DNA from: Cereibacter sphaeroides 2.4.1
GTDB taxonomy: Bacteria; Pseudomonadota; Alphaproteobacteria; Rhodobacterales; Rhodobacteraceae
Assembly: GCF_000012905.2 (NCBI RefSeq)
Contig: NC_007493.2
Location: 1,710,001 to 1,742,000 of the forward strand
Length of the DNA stretch: 32,000 nt
Direction of reading: 5' to 3'
Numbering within the stretch: the first letter of the stretch is position 1; each line of letters begins with the position of its first letter. Of this stretch, positions 9,467-17,051 are shown in pieces. A program made the position numbers and the translations under genes. The notes beneath the pieces are model-generated. The model did no database searches, had not been told where the DNA came from, and saw nothing but the letters and a program-made list of their open reading frames with translations.

Positions 9467-10870
9467 TCACACAGGCAGTTCCGAAGGTGGCGAGACCAGC
9501 AGCCGCGACAGCCGGTCCACCGCCGCCTCGAGCCGGGCGCGCGGCACCTGGCCTGCGATGGCAAGCCGCACGGCGTTGGGCGAGCGTCCGTGTACCAGCG
9601 CATATTCGTCAGCCGACCGCAGCAGCACGCCCTCCGCCTCCGCCGTGCGGGTGAAGGAGGAGGTGCGCCAGCCCACCGGCAGGCGCAGCCAGACGAAGGG
9701 CAGCCCCGGCTGCCAGACCAGATCGTGCGCGCCGAGCCCGTTCACGATGGCCTTCAGCCGGTCGGCGAAGGCGCTCTGCACCCGGCTCCGGATCTCGACG
9801 GCCTGACCGCTGCGGAAGAGGTCCAGGCAGAGATCCGAGACCGGCCGGCCCAGGGCGAAGAACGCGTGCTGCGCCGTCAGGCGCCCCGCCTCGCCCCGGC
9901 CCGTCGGGCAGAGGATATAGCCGAAGCGCAGCGCCGCCGAGACGGTCTTCGAGAGGCTGCCCACATACCAGGTCCGTTCGGGCGCGAGCGCGCGCATCGA
10001 GGGCAGCGTGCTTTCGGCCACCGTATAGCAATCGTCCTCGATGATCTGGAGCTCGTGCCGGCGGGCGATGGCCACGATCTCGGCCCGGCGCTCCTCGGGC
10101 ATCCGCACGGCGGTCGGGTTCTGCGCCTCCGTCGTGACGCAGAGCACCTGCGGCAGATGCTTGCGGCAGCAGGCCTCCAGCGCATCCGGCCGGATCCCGT
10201 GCTGGTCGAGCTCGACGCCCACCACCTCGGCCCGCGCCAGCCGCGCCGCGTGACGGAAGCCGGGATAGGCCAGCTCCTCGGTCAGCACCACGGGCCGGTC
10301 GCCGCGCAGGCAGCAGAACATCACGAGGCCGATGCCGCTCTGCCCGCCATGGGTGAGGGCGATGTCGTCGGGCGTGACCGGCCCCAGCACCCGGTCGCCG
10401 AGCCAGTCCCGCACCGCCTCGCGCAGGGCCGTCTCCTCGCGCTGCGTGGGATAATCGCGCCAGTCCGCGCCGACCTGCCCCGCCACCCGACGCAGCGCCT
10501 CGGCGAAGAGCGGCATCTGCCCCACGTCCGGCAGTTGCGGCGAGCGCAGATCCAGTAGGCCCGGCGCAGCCTGCGGCTCGCGGTCGACGAACAGGGCCTG
10601 CGTGGGCCCCAGCCGAGGCTCGGCCGCCGCGACGAAGGTGCCTCGCCCCACGGTCGCGGCCAGAAGCCCCTCCTGCGTGGCCATCTGATAGGCCCGCGAG
10701 ACGGTGCCGGGCGTGACCGACAGCCTCCAGGCCAGATCCCGCACGGTCGGAAGCTGCACGCCCGGCAGCAGCACCCCCTCGCGGATCGCCTCCCGCAGCG
10801 CCCGTGTCAGGGCGAGATATTTGGGGCCGGGAAATTGTGCGAGGTCAGGATGCCATATTGTATCAGTCAC
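9467..10870 (-). CDS. MocR/GabR-type regulator: GntR winged-HTH fused to a fold-type-I aminotransferase-like PLP domain
   Basis: 467 aa. N-terminal LPTVRDLAWRLSVTPGTVSRAYQ and a C-terminal domain with the PLP-lysine context GSLSKTV. GTG start at 10870 with AGAGGA 5 nt upstream. Confidence 0.9.
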   Translation of the reverse strand: MTDTIWHPDLAQFPGPKYLALTRALREAIREGVLLPGVQLPTVRDLAWRLSVTPGTVSRAYQMATQEGLLAATVGRGTFVAAAEPRLGPTQALFVDREPQAAPGLLDLRSPQLPDVGQMPLFAEALRRVAGQVGADWRDYPTQREETALREAVRDWLGDRVLGPVTPDDIALTHGGQSGIGLVMFCCLRGDRPVVLTEELAYPGFRHAARLARAEVVGVELDQHGIRPDALEACCRKHLPQVLCVTTEAQNPTAVRMPEERRAEIVAIARRHELQIIEDDCYTVAESTLPSMRALAPERTWYVGSLSKTVSAALRFGYILCPTGRGEAGRLTAQHAFFALGRPVSDLCLDLFRSGQAVEIRSRVQSAFADRLKAIVNGLGAHDLVWQPGLPFVWLRLPVGWRTSSFTRTAEAEGVLLRSADEYALVHGRSPNAVRLAIAGQVPRARLEAAVDRLSRLLVSPPSELPV

Positions 10871-10939
10871 AATGTTCCTCTGGAGCGGATTGCGCGGGCA
10901 TTGTATGCTTTACCTACTTGATACGCAGAATTGTATCAA
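10834..10939. promoter_or_regulatory. Array of ATTGT(A/G) / GTATCA repeats in the MocR / DUF1127 divergent control region (candidate operator)
   Basis: ATTGTAT occurs at 10857, 10900 and 10930 (direct). ATTGTG is at 10834 and its complement CACAAT at 10868. Inverted repeat TTGATAC-N8-GTATCAA spans 10918-10939. This is a locally AT-rich patch. Confidence 0.35.
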
Positions 10940-10954
10940 CACAAAAGGTGCCAC

Positions 10955-11182
10955 ATGAGCCGCGCGATACCGCAGACCCCGCCCGCCGCCCTGACCCTGA
11001 ACCGCTCCATGCCGCCGCTGGCGCGCGTGCTGTTCAGCCTCGGCTTCGTGGTCGTGCGCTGGGACGAGCGACGGCGGACGCGCCTTGGCCTCTCCCGGCT
11101 GGATCCGCACCTGCTGCGCGACATCGGGCTCTCGCATCGCGCCGCCGAGATCGAGGCCTCGAAGCCCTTCTGGCAGGATTGA
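10955..11182 (+). CDS. DUF1127 domain-containing small protein
   Basis: 75 aa. The C-terminal LSRLDPHLLRDIGLSHRAAEIEASKPFWQD matches the DUF1127 signature. ATG at 10955 verified (the track start at 10931 is TTG). An intrinsic terminator lies downstream. Confidence 0.8.
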   Translation: MSRAIPQTPPAALTLNRSMPPLARVLFSLGFVVVRWDERRRTRLGLSRLDPHLLRDIGLSHRAAEIEASKPFWQD

Positions 11183-11208
11183 TCCCGCCGCACATGTCCC
11201 CATGACTG

Positions 11209-11235
11209 GGCCGGGCTCTGCCCGGCCGCTCTTTT
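11209..11235 (+). terminator. Intrinsic terminator of the DUF1127 gene
   Basis: Stem GGCCGGG (11209-11215) / CCCGGCC (11221-11227) with loop CTCTG, followed by GCTCTTTTCC. Confidence 0.6.
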
Positions 11236-11272
11236 CCTGCCCTCATGGCAGATGCGGGCGCGGGCTGCGGCG

Positions 11273-11980
11273 TCAGCCCTCCGCGCCGCCCGCGGCTTCC
11301 TCCAGAAGCTCGATCTGCAGCCGCTGGATCGCCTCCAGCCGCTCCCACTGCCGCGCGAGATGGTGCTCCAGCGTCTCGTGCAGGTGGCGGATCTCGAGCT
11401 CGGCCTTGAGATTGACCTTGTAATCGTTCTCGGAGCGGAGCCGGTCCTTCTCCTCCTGCCGCCGCTGGCTCATCATGATGATCGGCGCCTGGATCGCCGC
11501 GAGCGTCGAGAGCATCAGGTTCAGCAGGATGAACGGATAAGGATCGAAGATCCCCACGACGAGACCGGTGACATTCACCGCCATCCAGAGCGCCAACACC
11601 AGGGCAAAGCCGATCAGGAACCCCCAGGAGCCGCCGAGACGCGCCAGCCGGTCTGCGGCCCGCTCCCCCAGAGTGCGCGCCTCGTCAGCCTCCGCGCCGG
11701 GCTCCTGCGTGAGCATCCGACCGCTTTCGAGGCTATCCAGCACGGCATGATCGAGCCGCGTGAGCTCGCCCCGCTCGGCCTCGAGCAGGGCCTCGAGATG
11801 CTGGCGGCGGTAGCGCGCCCGGCAGGCCGGACAGATCGGCGCATCGGGGGTAAGCTCCGGCCAGTCGGCGAGCATCCGGCCCCGCGTGCCGCCGGCGAGG
11901 CTGCTGGCCGGAACGAAGGTCGACAGGGGGTGCGAAGAGCCGCAGAGCGCGCAGGTGCCGCGGGCGGAATGGGTGGTCAC
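11273..11980 (-). CDS. DUF1003 family membrane protein with N-terminal CxxC...CxxC zinc-ribbon-like segment
   Basis: 235 aa. Two TM helices (WGFLIGFALVLALWMAV, PYPFILLNLMLSTLAAIQAPIIMM) are followed by the QRRQEEKDR...coiled tail typical of DUF1003. GTG start at 11980 with GAGGGAG 7 nt upstream. Confidence 0.82.
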   Translation of the reverse strand: MTTHSARGTCALCGSSHPLSTFVPASSLAGGTRGRMLADWPELTPDAPICPACRARYRRQHLEALLEAERGELTRLDHAVLDSLESGRMLTQEPGAEADEARTLGERAADRLARLGGSWGFLIGFALVLALWMAVNVTGLVVGIFDPYPFILLNLMLSTLAAIQAPIIMMSQRRQEEKDRLRSENDYKVNLKAELEIRHLHETLEHHLARQWERLEAIQRLQIELLEEAAGGAEG

Positions 11981-12278
11981 GACGGAACTCCCTCAGGGTC
12001 GCCCCCTGATTACGCGGCGGGCGAGAGGCTGCCAAGCGCGAGCGGCACGCCGGCACCAGTCTGTCGTTCTCTTCCGGGATGAGCACCGGCCTCTGACGCG
12101 GGCCGTCAAGTGCGGGCAGCAGCACGTCGACCAGCCCCGGCCACCGGCTCAAGGAGGAGGCCGCAAAGCGCAGGCAGCAGTACGGCGGCATGCGCCTCCG
12201 ACACCGAGTTACCGGCATCGGGCGCGAGAGCCCATCGTCCGAAGCAAGAAACGCGCGCCCGGCGGCTCGACAATGACA

Positions 12279-12302
12279 AAGGGCCCGCCGAGGCGGGCCC
12301 TT
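12279..12302 (-). terminator. Intrinsic terminator of the rplM-rpsI operon
   Basis: On the minus strand: AAGGGCCCGC-CTCG-GCGGGCCCTT followed by TGTCATTG. The 10-bp stem starts 18 nt after the rpsI stop. Confidence 0.7.
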
Positions 12303-12320
12303 GCAGATCTTTCCGATAGA

Positions 12321-12803
12321 TCAGCGCTTCGAGAACTGGAAGCTGCGGCGGGCTTTCGCCTTGCCGTATTTCTTCCGTTCCACGACGCGGCTGTCGCGGG
12401 TCAGGAAGCCCGCGGCTTTCAGCGCGGCGCGCAGCGCGGGTTCATAGAGCTGCAGCGCCTTCGAGATGCCGTGCTTCACCGCACCGGCCTGCCCCGAGAG
12501 GCCGCCGCCGGCGACCGTCGCCATCACGTCGAACTGGCCTTCGACATTGGCGACCTTGAAGGGCTGGCGCAGGATCATCTGCAGCACCGGACGGGCGAAG
12601 TATTCGTCCATCGGCTTGCCGTTCACCGTGACCTTGCCCGAGCCCGGCTTGATCCAGACGCGGGCGACCGCGTCCTTCCGCTTGCCGGTGGCATAGGAGC
12701 GGCCGAGCGAGTCCCGCACCGGCTCGCGCGCAATGGCGACTTCGGCCACCGGGGCCTCGCCAACGACCGATTTCAGATCGTCGAGGGATTTGATGTCGGA
12801 CAT
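12321..12803 (-). CDS. rpsI: 30S ribosomal protein S9
   Basis: 160 aa with an unmistakable S9 sequence ([19 protein letters not shown]...[10 protein letters not shown]). Confidence 0.97.
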   Translation of the reverse strand: MSDIKSLDDLKSVVGEAPVAEVAIAREPVRDSLGRSYATGKRKDAVARVWIKPGSGKVTVNGKPMDEYFARPVLQMILRQPFKVANVEGQFDVMATVAGGGLSGQAGAVKHGISKALQLYEPALRAALKAAGFLTRDSRVVERKKYGKAKARRSFQFSKR

Positions 12804-12806
12804 GGC

Positions 12807-13271
12807 TTACGCGCTCCGGGTGTTCTTCGGGTTCAGCGACTTCACGTCGAGAACGGTGGGCTGCTGCGCTTCGTGCGGATGCTCGGCGCCGGCATAGACG
12901 CGGAGATTGGTCATCTGCTGACGGCCGAGGCTGTTGCGCGAGATCATGCGCTCGACAGCCTTGAGCACCACGCGCTCGGGATGCGCGCCTTCGAGCACCT
13001 GCTCGGCGGTGCGGAACTTCACGCCGCCCGGGTGGCCGGTGTGCCAGTAGTAGCGCTTGTCGGCCCGTTTGTTGCCCGTCATCTGCACCTTGTCGGCGTT
13101 GATGACGATGACATTGTCACCCATGTCCATGTGGGGGGTGAAGGTCGGCTTGTTCTTGCCGCGCAGGATGTTGGCGACGATCGTGGCGAGACGGCCCAGG
13201 ACGACGCCTTCGGCGTCGATCAGGATCCATTTCTTCTCGATATCCGCCGGGGTAGCGGTGAAGGTTTTCAT
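12807..13271 (-). CDS. rplM: 50S ribosomal protein L13
   Basis: 154 aa from the verified ATG at 13271 ([29 protein letters not shown]...). The track ORF has an upstream non-coding extension. 3 nt separate it from rpsI. Confidence 0.97.
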   Translation of the reverse strand: MKTFTATPADIEKKWILIDAEGVVLGRLATIVANILRGKNKPTFTPHMDMGDNVIVINADKVQMTGNKRADKRYYWHTGHPGGVKFRTAEQVLEGAHPERVVLKAVERMISRNSLGRQQMTNLRVYAGAEHPHEAQQPTVLDVKSLNPKNTRSA

Positions 13272-13366
13272 CGGGAATCCCTGGAATGGAGCGAGGGATG
13301 TCCCCCGCGAATTCGGATGCGGCTGTTTCCGGCATTTCGCGGCACAGGTCAAGCGCCGGATGCGCG

Positions 13367-13396
13367 ATATTTTCCAGCCCTGACAGGGGGTTGCAA
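13367..13396 (-). promoter_or_regulatory. Candidate sigma-70-type promoter for rplM-rpsI (TTGCAA-N17-AAAATA)
   Basis: Read on the minus strand, the -35 TTGCAA is at 13396-13391 and the -10 AAAATA/AAATAT at 13373-13367. That is about 95 nt upstream of the rplM ATG. Pattern match only. Confidence 0.3.
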
Positions 13397-13414
13397 AAAA
13401 GGTATTAGCATACC
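13395..13414 (-). terminator. Short hairpin GGTAT-GCTA-ATACC plus T6 tract, probable terminator of the SseB-family gene
   Basis: On the minus strand the 5-bp stem is followed by TTTTTT, a rare run in this GC-rich sequence. It is about 62 nt after the stop at 13476. A GC hairpin (13456-13471) precedes it. Confidence 0.4.
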
Positions 13415-13475
13415 CCATAGCAAACCCCTGTTTCGGGGACAGAATGGCGTTCGTGCGAGCCCCAGGGCTCGGAGG

Positions 13476-14267
13476 TCAGTATCTGAGGATCGGCGGCCGT
13501 GCGGGATCCATGCCCGGCGCCGCCGGTGCGCGCTCCTCGCGCAGCTCGGGCGCCTTCGGCACCGGCAGGTCGAACCGCAGCGCGACGCGGGCCATGGCCG
13601 CTTCGGCCGGAGCGCCCTCGGCGAAGAAGGCCACGTCCAGCGCCTCGGCCTCGAGCCCCGAGAAGGTCAGCGCCTCCGAGACCGACCGCGCCAGCGCGGG
13701 CTCGGCCCCCGGCCTCGCTGCGATGAAGGCCAGCATGTGCCCGTCGCGGCCGTCGTCGTAGCGCACGGCCGCCAGCAGCGCATGGGCGGCCAGACCGCCG
13801 GCACGGCCGAGCTTGCCGTCGAGGGCCGCGATCAGCGACTGGGGCAGACGCGGGGGCGTGAAGCTCTCGGGACGCGCCTCGGCCTCGTCGGGCGCATGGC
13901 CGATGGTGTCGGCCAGCCACTCCACCGCATCGGGCGGCAGCAGCATGGCCGAAGGCGCATCGCCGAGGTTCAGCCCGAGCCCGATCCCCTGCCCCGCCAG
14001 AAGCCCCGCCACCACCCGGCCCGGCAGCGCCGCATAGGGCGCGGGCACGCCCGTGAAGGCCGCCAGCCGCTCCTCGAGATCGAAGGCCAGGACGACAGGC
14101 CCCTCGTCGAGATTGAAGACCTGCGGCGTCAGGGTCTCGTCCTCCGGCTCGCGCTCCAGCAGCAGGAAGAGCTCGCCGTCCGCAAGCTGGCCGTAGAAGC
14201 GCAGCCGCGCGGCATCGTCGCCGGGTGCGGCCTCCATCGCGGCATGAGCTTGGTCGAGAAGGGTCAT
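13476..14267 (-). CDS. SseB-family protein (function unknown)
   Basis: 263 aa from the verified ATG at 14267, with AGGAAGAGG upstream. N-terminal AAMEAAPGDDAARLRFYGQLADGELFLLLE... resembles SseB-family proteins of Rhodobacterales as I remember them. High GC3. Confidence 0.65.
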   Translation of the reverse strand: MTLLDQAHAAMEAAPGDDAARLRFYGQLADGELFLLLEREPEDETLTPQVFNLDEGPVVLAFDLEERLAAFTGVPAPYAALPGRVVAGLLAGQGIGLGLNLGDAPSAMLLPPDAVEWLADTIGHAPDEAEARPESFTPPRLPQSLIAALDGKLGRAGGLAAHALLAAVRYDDGRDGHMLAFIAARPGAEPALARSVSEALTFSGLEAEALDVAFFAEGAPAEAAMARVALRFDLPVPKAPELREERAPAAPGMDPARPPILRY

Positions 14268-14394
14268 CGCGCGGGCCTCTTCCTGTGCGAAAGGATGCGG
14301 GACCCTAGTGGCTCGGAGGCGTCGCGGCAAGATCGGAGGCTTCCAGCGGGGGGATCAGCCGTTCGAGGCGTGATGTCAGGCTCTTGCACGAAAG

Positions 14395-14432
14395 CGAAGG
14401 GGCGGCTCGCTCCCGCCGCCCCTTCGTCTTCT
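14395..14432. terminator. Strong orphan hairpin (11-bp stem) with T-rich tail inside a divergent intergenic region
   Basis: CGAAGGGGCGG (14395-14405) / CCGCCCCTTCG (14416-14426) with a 10-nt loop. The plus strand continues TCTTCTTGTC and the minus strand continues CTTTCGTG. No annotated gene ends here on either strand. Confidence 0.5.
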
Positions 14433-14842
14433 TGTCATAATTCGTTTCGTTATGGAAAGGCTACGTTCGAAAGTTAGGGGACTACTCTTAGTGATAATGT
14501 GTTTAACTTGTGTATCTCACCGCTGCCTGCGTCAACGTTTCCTTCACTCTCTAGCCAAAAGTGCAAGCGGCCACCCCCCATTACGCAACCGCCGCGCGAG
14601 TGTGGACTTCTGCAATTCTTCCCCGGCGGAAAACTGCGCATCAATCGGCAGCACTCCTTGTCGGCAAACAGGGCAAAGTCTCTGGCCCATTCGATTCGGC
14701 GGAGGGTCGCCGATTCGAGCGATCCGACATTGCGCTTGCCCGCCGACGCGTTCCCGGACACAGTCCGCTTCACGCCGCCTCACGTTGCATTTCGACGTCG
14801 GCATCGGGCCGGGGCGCAACCTTTTGAGGAGAGACTTACCAT

Positions 14843-15376
14843 ATGAGATTCATTCCCACGACGCTCAAGGATGCCGTCCTGATCGAGGCTGAGCCGAGAG
14901 AAGACCACCGGGGCTGGTTCGAGCGCACCTTCTGCATGGAGGAGATGGCCGGTGCCGGCCTGAAGACGGGCTTCGTGCAGCACAACAGCTCTTACAACCA
15001 TGCCGCAGGAACGCTGCGCGGGATGCACTACCAGCGCGCGCCCCATTCGGAGGTGAAGGTCATCACCTGCACCCGCGGCCGCATCCAGGACGTCATCATC
15101 GACCTGCGCCCGGACTCGCCGACCTACCTGAAATGGGAGGGGTTCGATCTGAAGGCCGGCGATCACCGGCAGCTCTATATCCCCGAAGGCTTCGCCCACG
15201 GCTATCTGACGCTCGAAGATGCGACGGCCGTGTCCTACCTCGTCTCGGCGGCCTACACGCCCGGCGCGGAGGGCGGCGTGCGTTGGGATGATCCCGCCTT
15301 CGGGATCGACTGGGCCGCCGAAGTGTCGGTGATCTCGGAAAAGGATGCGGCCTGGCCCGACTTCCAGCCGGCCTGA
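14843..15376 (+). CDS. rmlC: dTDP-4-dehydrorhamnose 3,5-epimerase family protein (RmlC-like cupin)
   Basis: 177 aa. FEDHRGWF-type motif (REDHRGWFERTF), RGMHYQ, and YIPEGFAHGY. ATG at 14843 with GAGGAGAG upstream. Confidence 0.85.
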   Translation: MRFIPTTLKDAVLIEAEPREDHRGWFERTFCMEEMAGAGLKTGFVQHNSSYNHAAGTLRGMHYQRAPHSEVKVITCTRGRIQDVIIDLRPDSPTYLKWEGFDLKAGDHRQLYIPEGFAHGYLTLEDATAVSYLVSAAYTPGAEGGVRWDDPAFGIDWAAEVSVISEKDAAWPDFQPA

Positions 15377-15701
15377 TCCCGCAGGGGCGCGCGGCGGGGC
15401 ACCGCCCCGCGCCAACCGGTCCTCCGCGAGATGCGATGCCTCGGCCTCTCCCCGAGGGCCCGGCCTCCCTCCCAGCGGGGGCACCTCAGACATGGCGCTC
15501 CCCCATGCGCAAGACCCTCACGTCCGACCTTCGGCATCCCGCTCGGGATGGATATCTGCGCAGGTCCGACGCGATGACGGCGACGGCGGCTTATTGCCAT
15601 CCGCTCCCGCAGGCGCCCGGTTCGCAGGCAGCCATATCGCAAGGGAGACAGCGGGTTTTCAGCCGGAGCGCGAGTCAAGCGCCCCGCTCCGGCAGAGACG
15701 G

Positions 15702-17051
15702 TCAGACCGTCAGGGCGTGGGCCTCGGCCGGGCGCGCGAGGCCGAATTCGCGCTCCATCTCTTCGTAGAGGGCGTCGATGCGGCGGCCGGCCGGCAGCCG
15801 CACATCCGCGAAGGTCAGCGCCTGATCCCGGGGAATGTCCCGCAGAAGCACGCCGCCCTCGGCCAGGCCCATCGGCAGGAGCTGCTCCGAGACGAAGGTC
15901 TCCATGTTCTCGCACTGGCCGTAGGCGGTGAAGCCGCCGATCCCGTCGAGCACCTCGCCCGCCTTCAGGTCGCGCTTGGCCACCGCCACCACGCCGACCT
16001 GAGGCGCGCCCAGCGGCGCCAGCGCCGCATCGCCGAACAGCACCGCCCGCGCCACCGTCATCGGCACCTCGAAATGGCAGAGGTGATAGGGCGTGTAGAA
16101 GAGATAATAAGGCCCCTCGCCCAGCTTGTAGAGGTTGAGGTAGTGCTTCTGCCGCGGATCGTCGTGGGTGCCGATCACGAACACCCCCGGCCCGGGCCGG
16201 GCGCCGACGATATAGTCGACGATGCCGGGCCCCTCGGGATCGAGATGCGGCGCGAACATCGCCACATAGTCCTCGAGCGGGCGCAGCGGCAGAGTCGGGT
16301 TCTTGTTCGTCGGATCGATCCCGATCATGCCGCGCTTCGCGACCCGCATCCCCGTGCCGTTGGCCACGATGGCCTGCTCGTAGGAGATCTTGGTGCCATC
16401 CGCGAAGGAGGTCACCATATGGACGTTCTGGCCCCATTTCTCGGCAAAGCCGCGCTGGGTCTCGGGTGTGCGATATTCGTCCTGCAGCGCCTTGATGTTG
16501 CCCGAGAGCACCGGCTTGACCCCGATCCCCTTCACGAAGCGGATCAGGTTCATCTGCACGCCCGGCTGGTCGCCGTCGCAGTTGGTGAGCACCACCCCGG
16601 CCGCATCGGCGCGCTTCTTCAGCAGCGGGCCGATGGTGCCGTCGAGCTCGGCGTTCATCAGGATCACATGCTTGCCGGTGGCAATGGCCGGTTCGACCGC
16701 CTGAAGCGCGTAATCCATCGAGCCCGTCACCTCGATGATGGCCTCGATCCCGCGGGCACAGCCGATGAGCGAGGGGTCGGCCGTCACGGCGGGCTCGCCC
16801 GCCACGATGGCGGCCTCGAGCTCGGCCTGGCTGTCCACATGCCGGACCGTCTCGCCGGTGCGGCTCGCCTCGAAGGCCGCCGCCGCCTGCTCGGTCCGCC
16901 GCGCGGCGATGGCCACGAGCTGCATCCCCGGCACCGACTTCGCGATCTGCAGCGCGATGCCCGAACCCATGAAGCCCGCGCCGATCATCCCCACCCGGAT
17001 CGGCCGTCCCTCGGCCGCGCGGCGCGCGAGCGCCTTGTCGACGAGGATCAT
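15702..17051 (-). CDS. NAD(P)-binding oxidoreductase with C-terminal SAF domain (COG4091-like, homoserine-dehydrogenase-like fold)
   Basis: 449 aa from the verified ATG at 17051 (MILVDKAL...). Rossmann motif VGMIGAGFMGSG. The C-terminal VAKRDLKAGEVLDG region is SAF-like. The ATG overlaps the upstream stop (ATGA). Confidence 0.78.
   Translation of the reverse strand: MILVDKALARRAAEGRPIRVGMIGAGFMGSGIALQIAKSVPGMQLVAIAARRTEQAAAAFEASRTGETVRHVDSQAELEAAIVAGEPAVTADPSLIGCARGIEAIIEVTGSMDYALQAVEPAIATGKHVILMNAELDGTIGPLLKKRADAAGVVLTNCDGDQPGVQMNLIRFVKGIGVKPVLSGNIKALQDEYRTPETQRGFAEKWGQNVHMVTSFADGTKISYEQAIVANGTGMRVAKRGMIGIDPTNKNPTLPLRPLEDYVAMFAPHLDPEGPGIVDYIVGARPGPGVFVIGTHDDPRQKHYLNLYKLGEGPYYLFYTPYHLCHFEVPMTVARAVLFGDAALAPLGAPQVGVVAVAKRDLKAGEVLDGIGGFTAYGQCENMETFVSEQLLPMGLAEGGVLLRDIPRDQALTFADVRLPAGRRIDALYEEMEREFGLARPAEAHALTV

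Noticed and set aside
10938-10953. TGGCAC-CTTTT-GTGT on the minus strand upstream of the MocR gene
   Set aside because: The -24 element is good, but the -12 element is GTGT instead of TTGC (GT where GC is required). It also overlaps the DUF1127 RBS region and is probably a chance match.
11886-14477. 863-aa plus-strand ORF spanning the rpsI, rplM and SseB-family genes
   Set aside because: It is antisense to unmistakable ribosomal protein genes. Its Arg/Gly/Pro/Ala-rich nonsense composition is the typical stop-codon-poor antisense frame of GC-rich DNA.
14452-14892. Several 88-146-aa ORFs on both strands in the 14.3-14.8 kb gap
   Set aside because: They overlap one another, have Cys/Arg/Ser-rich odd compositions, lack an RBS, and one runs into the RmlC-like gene out of frame.
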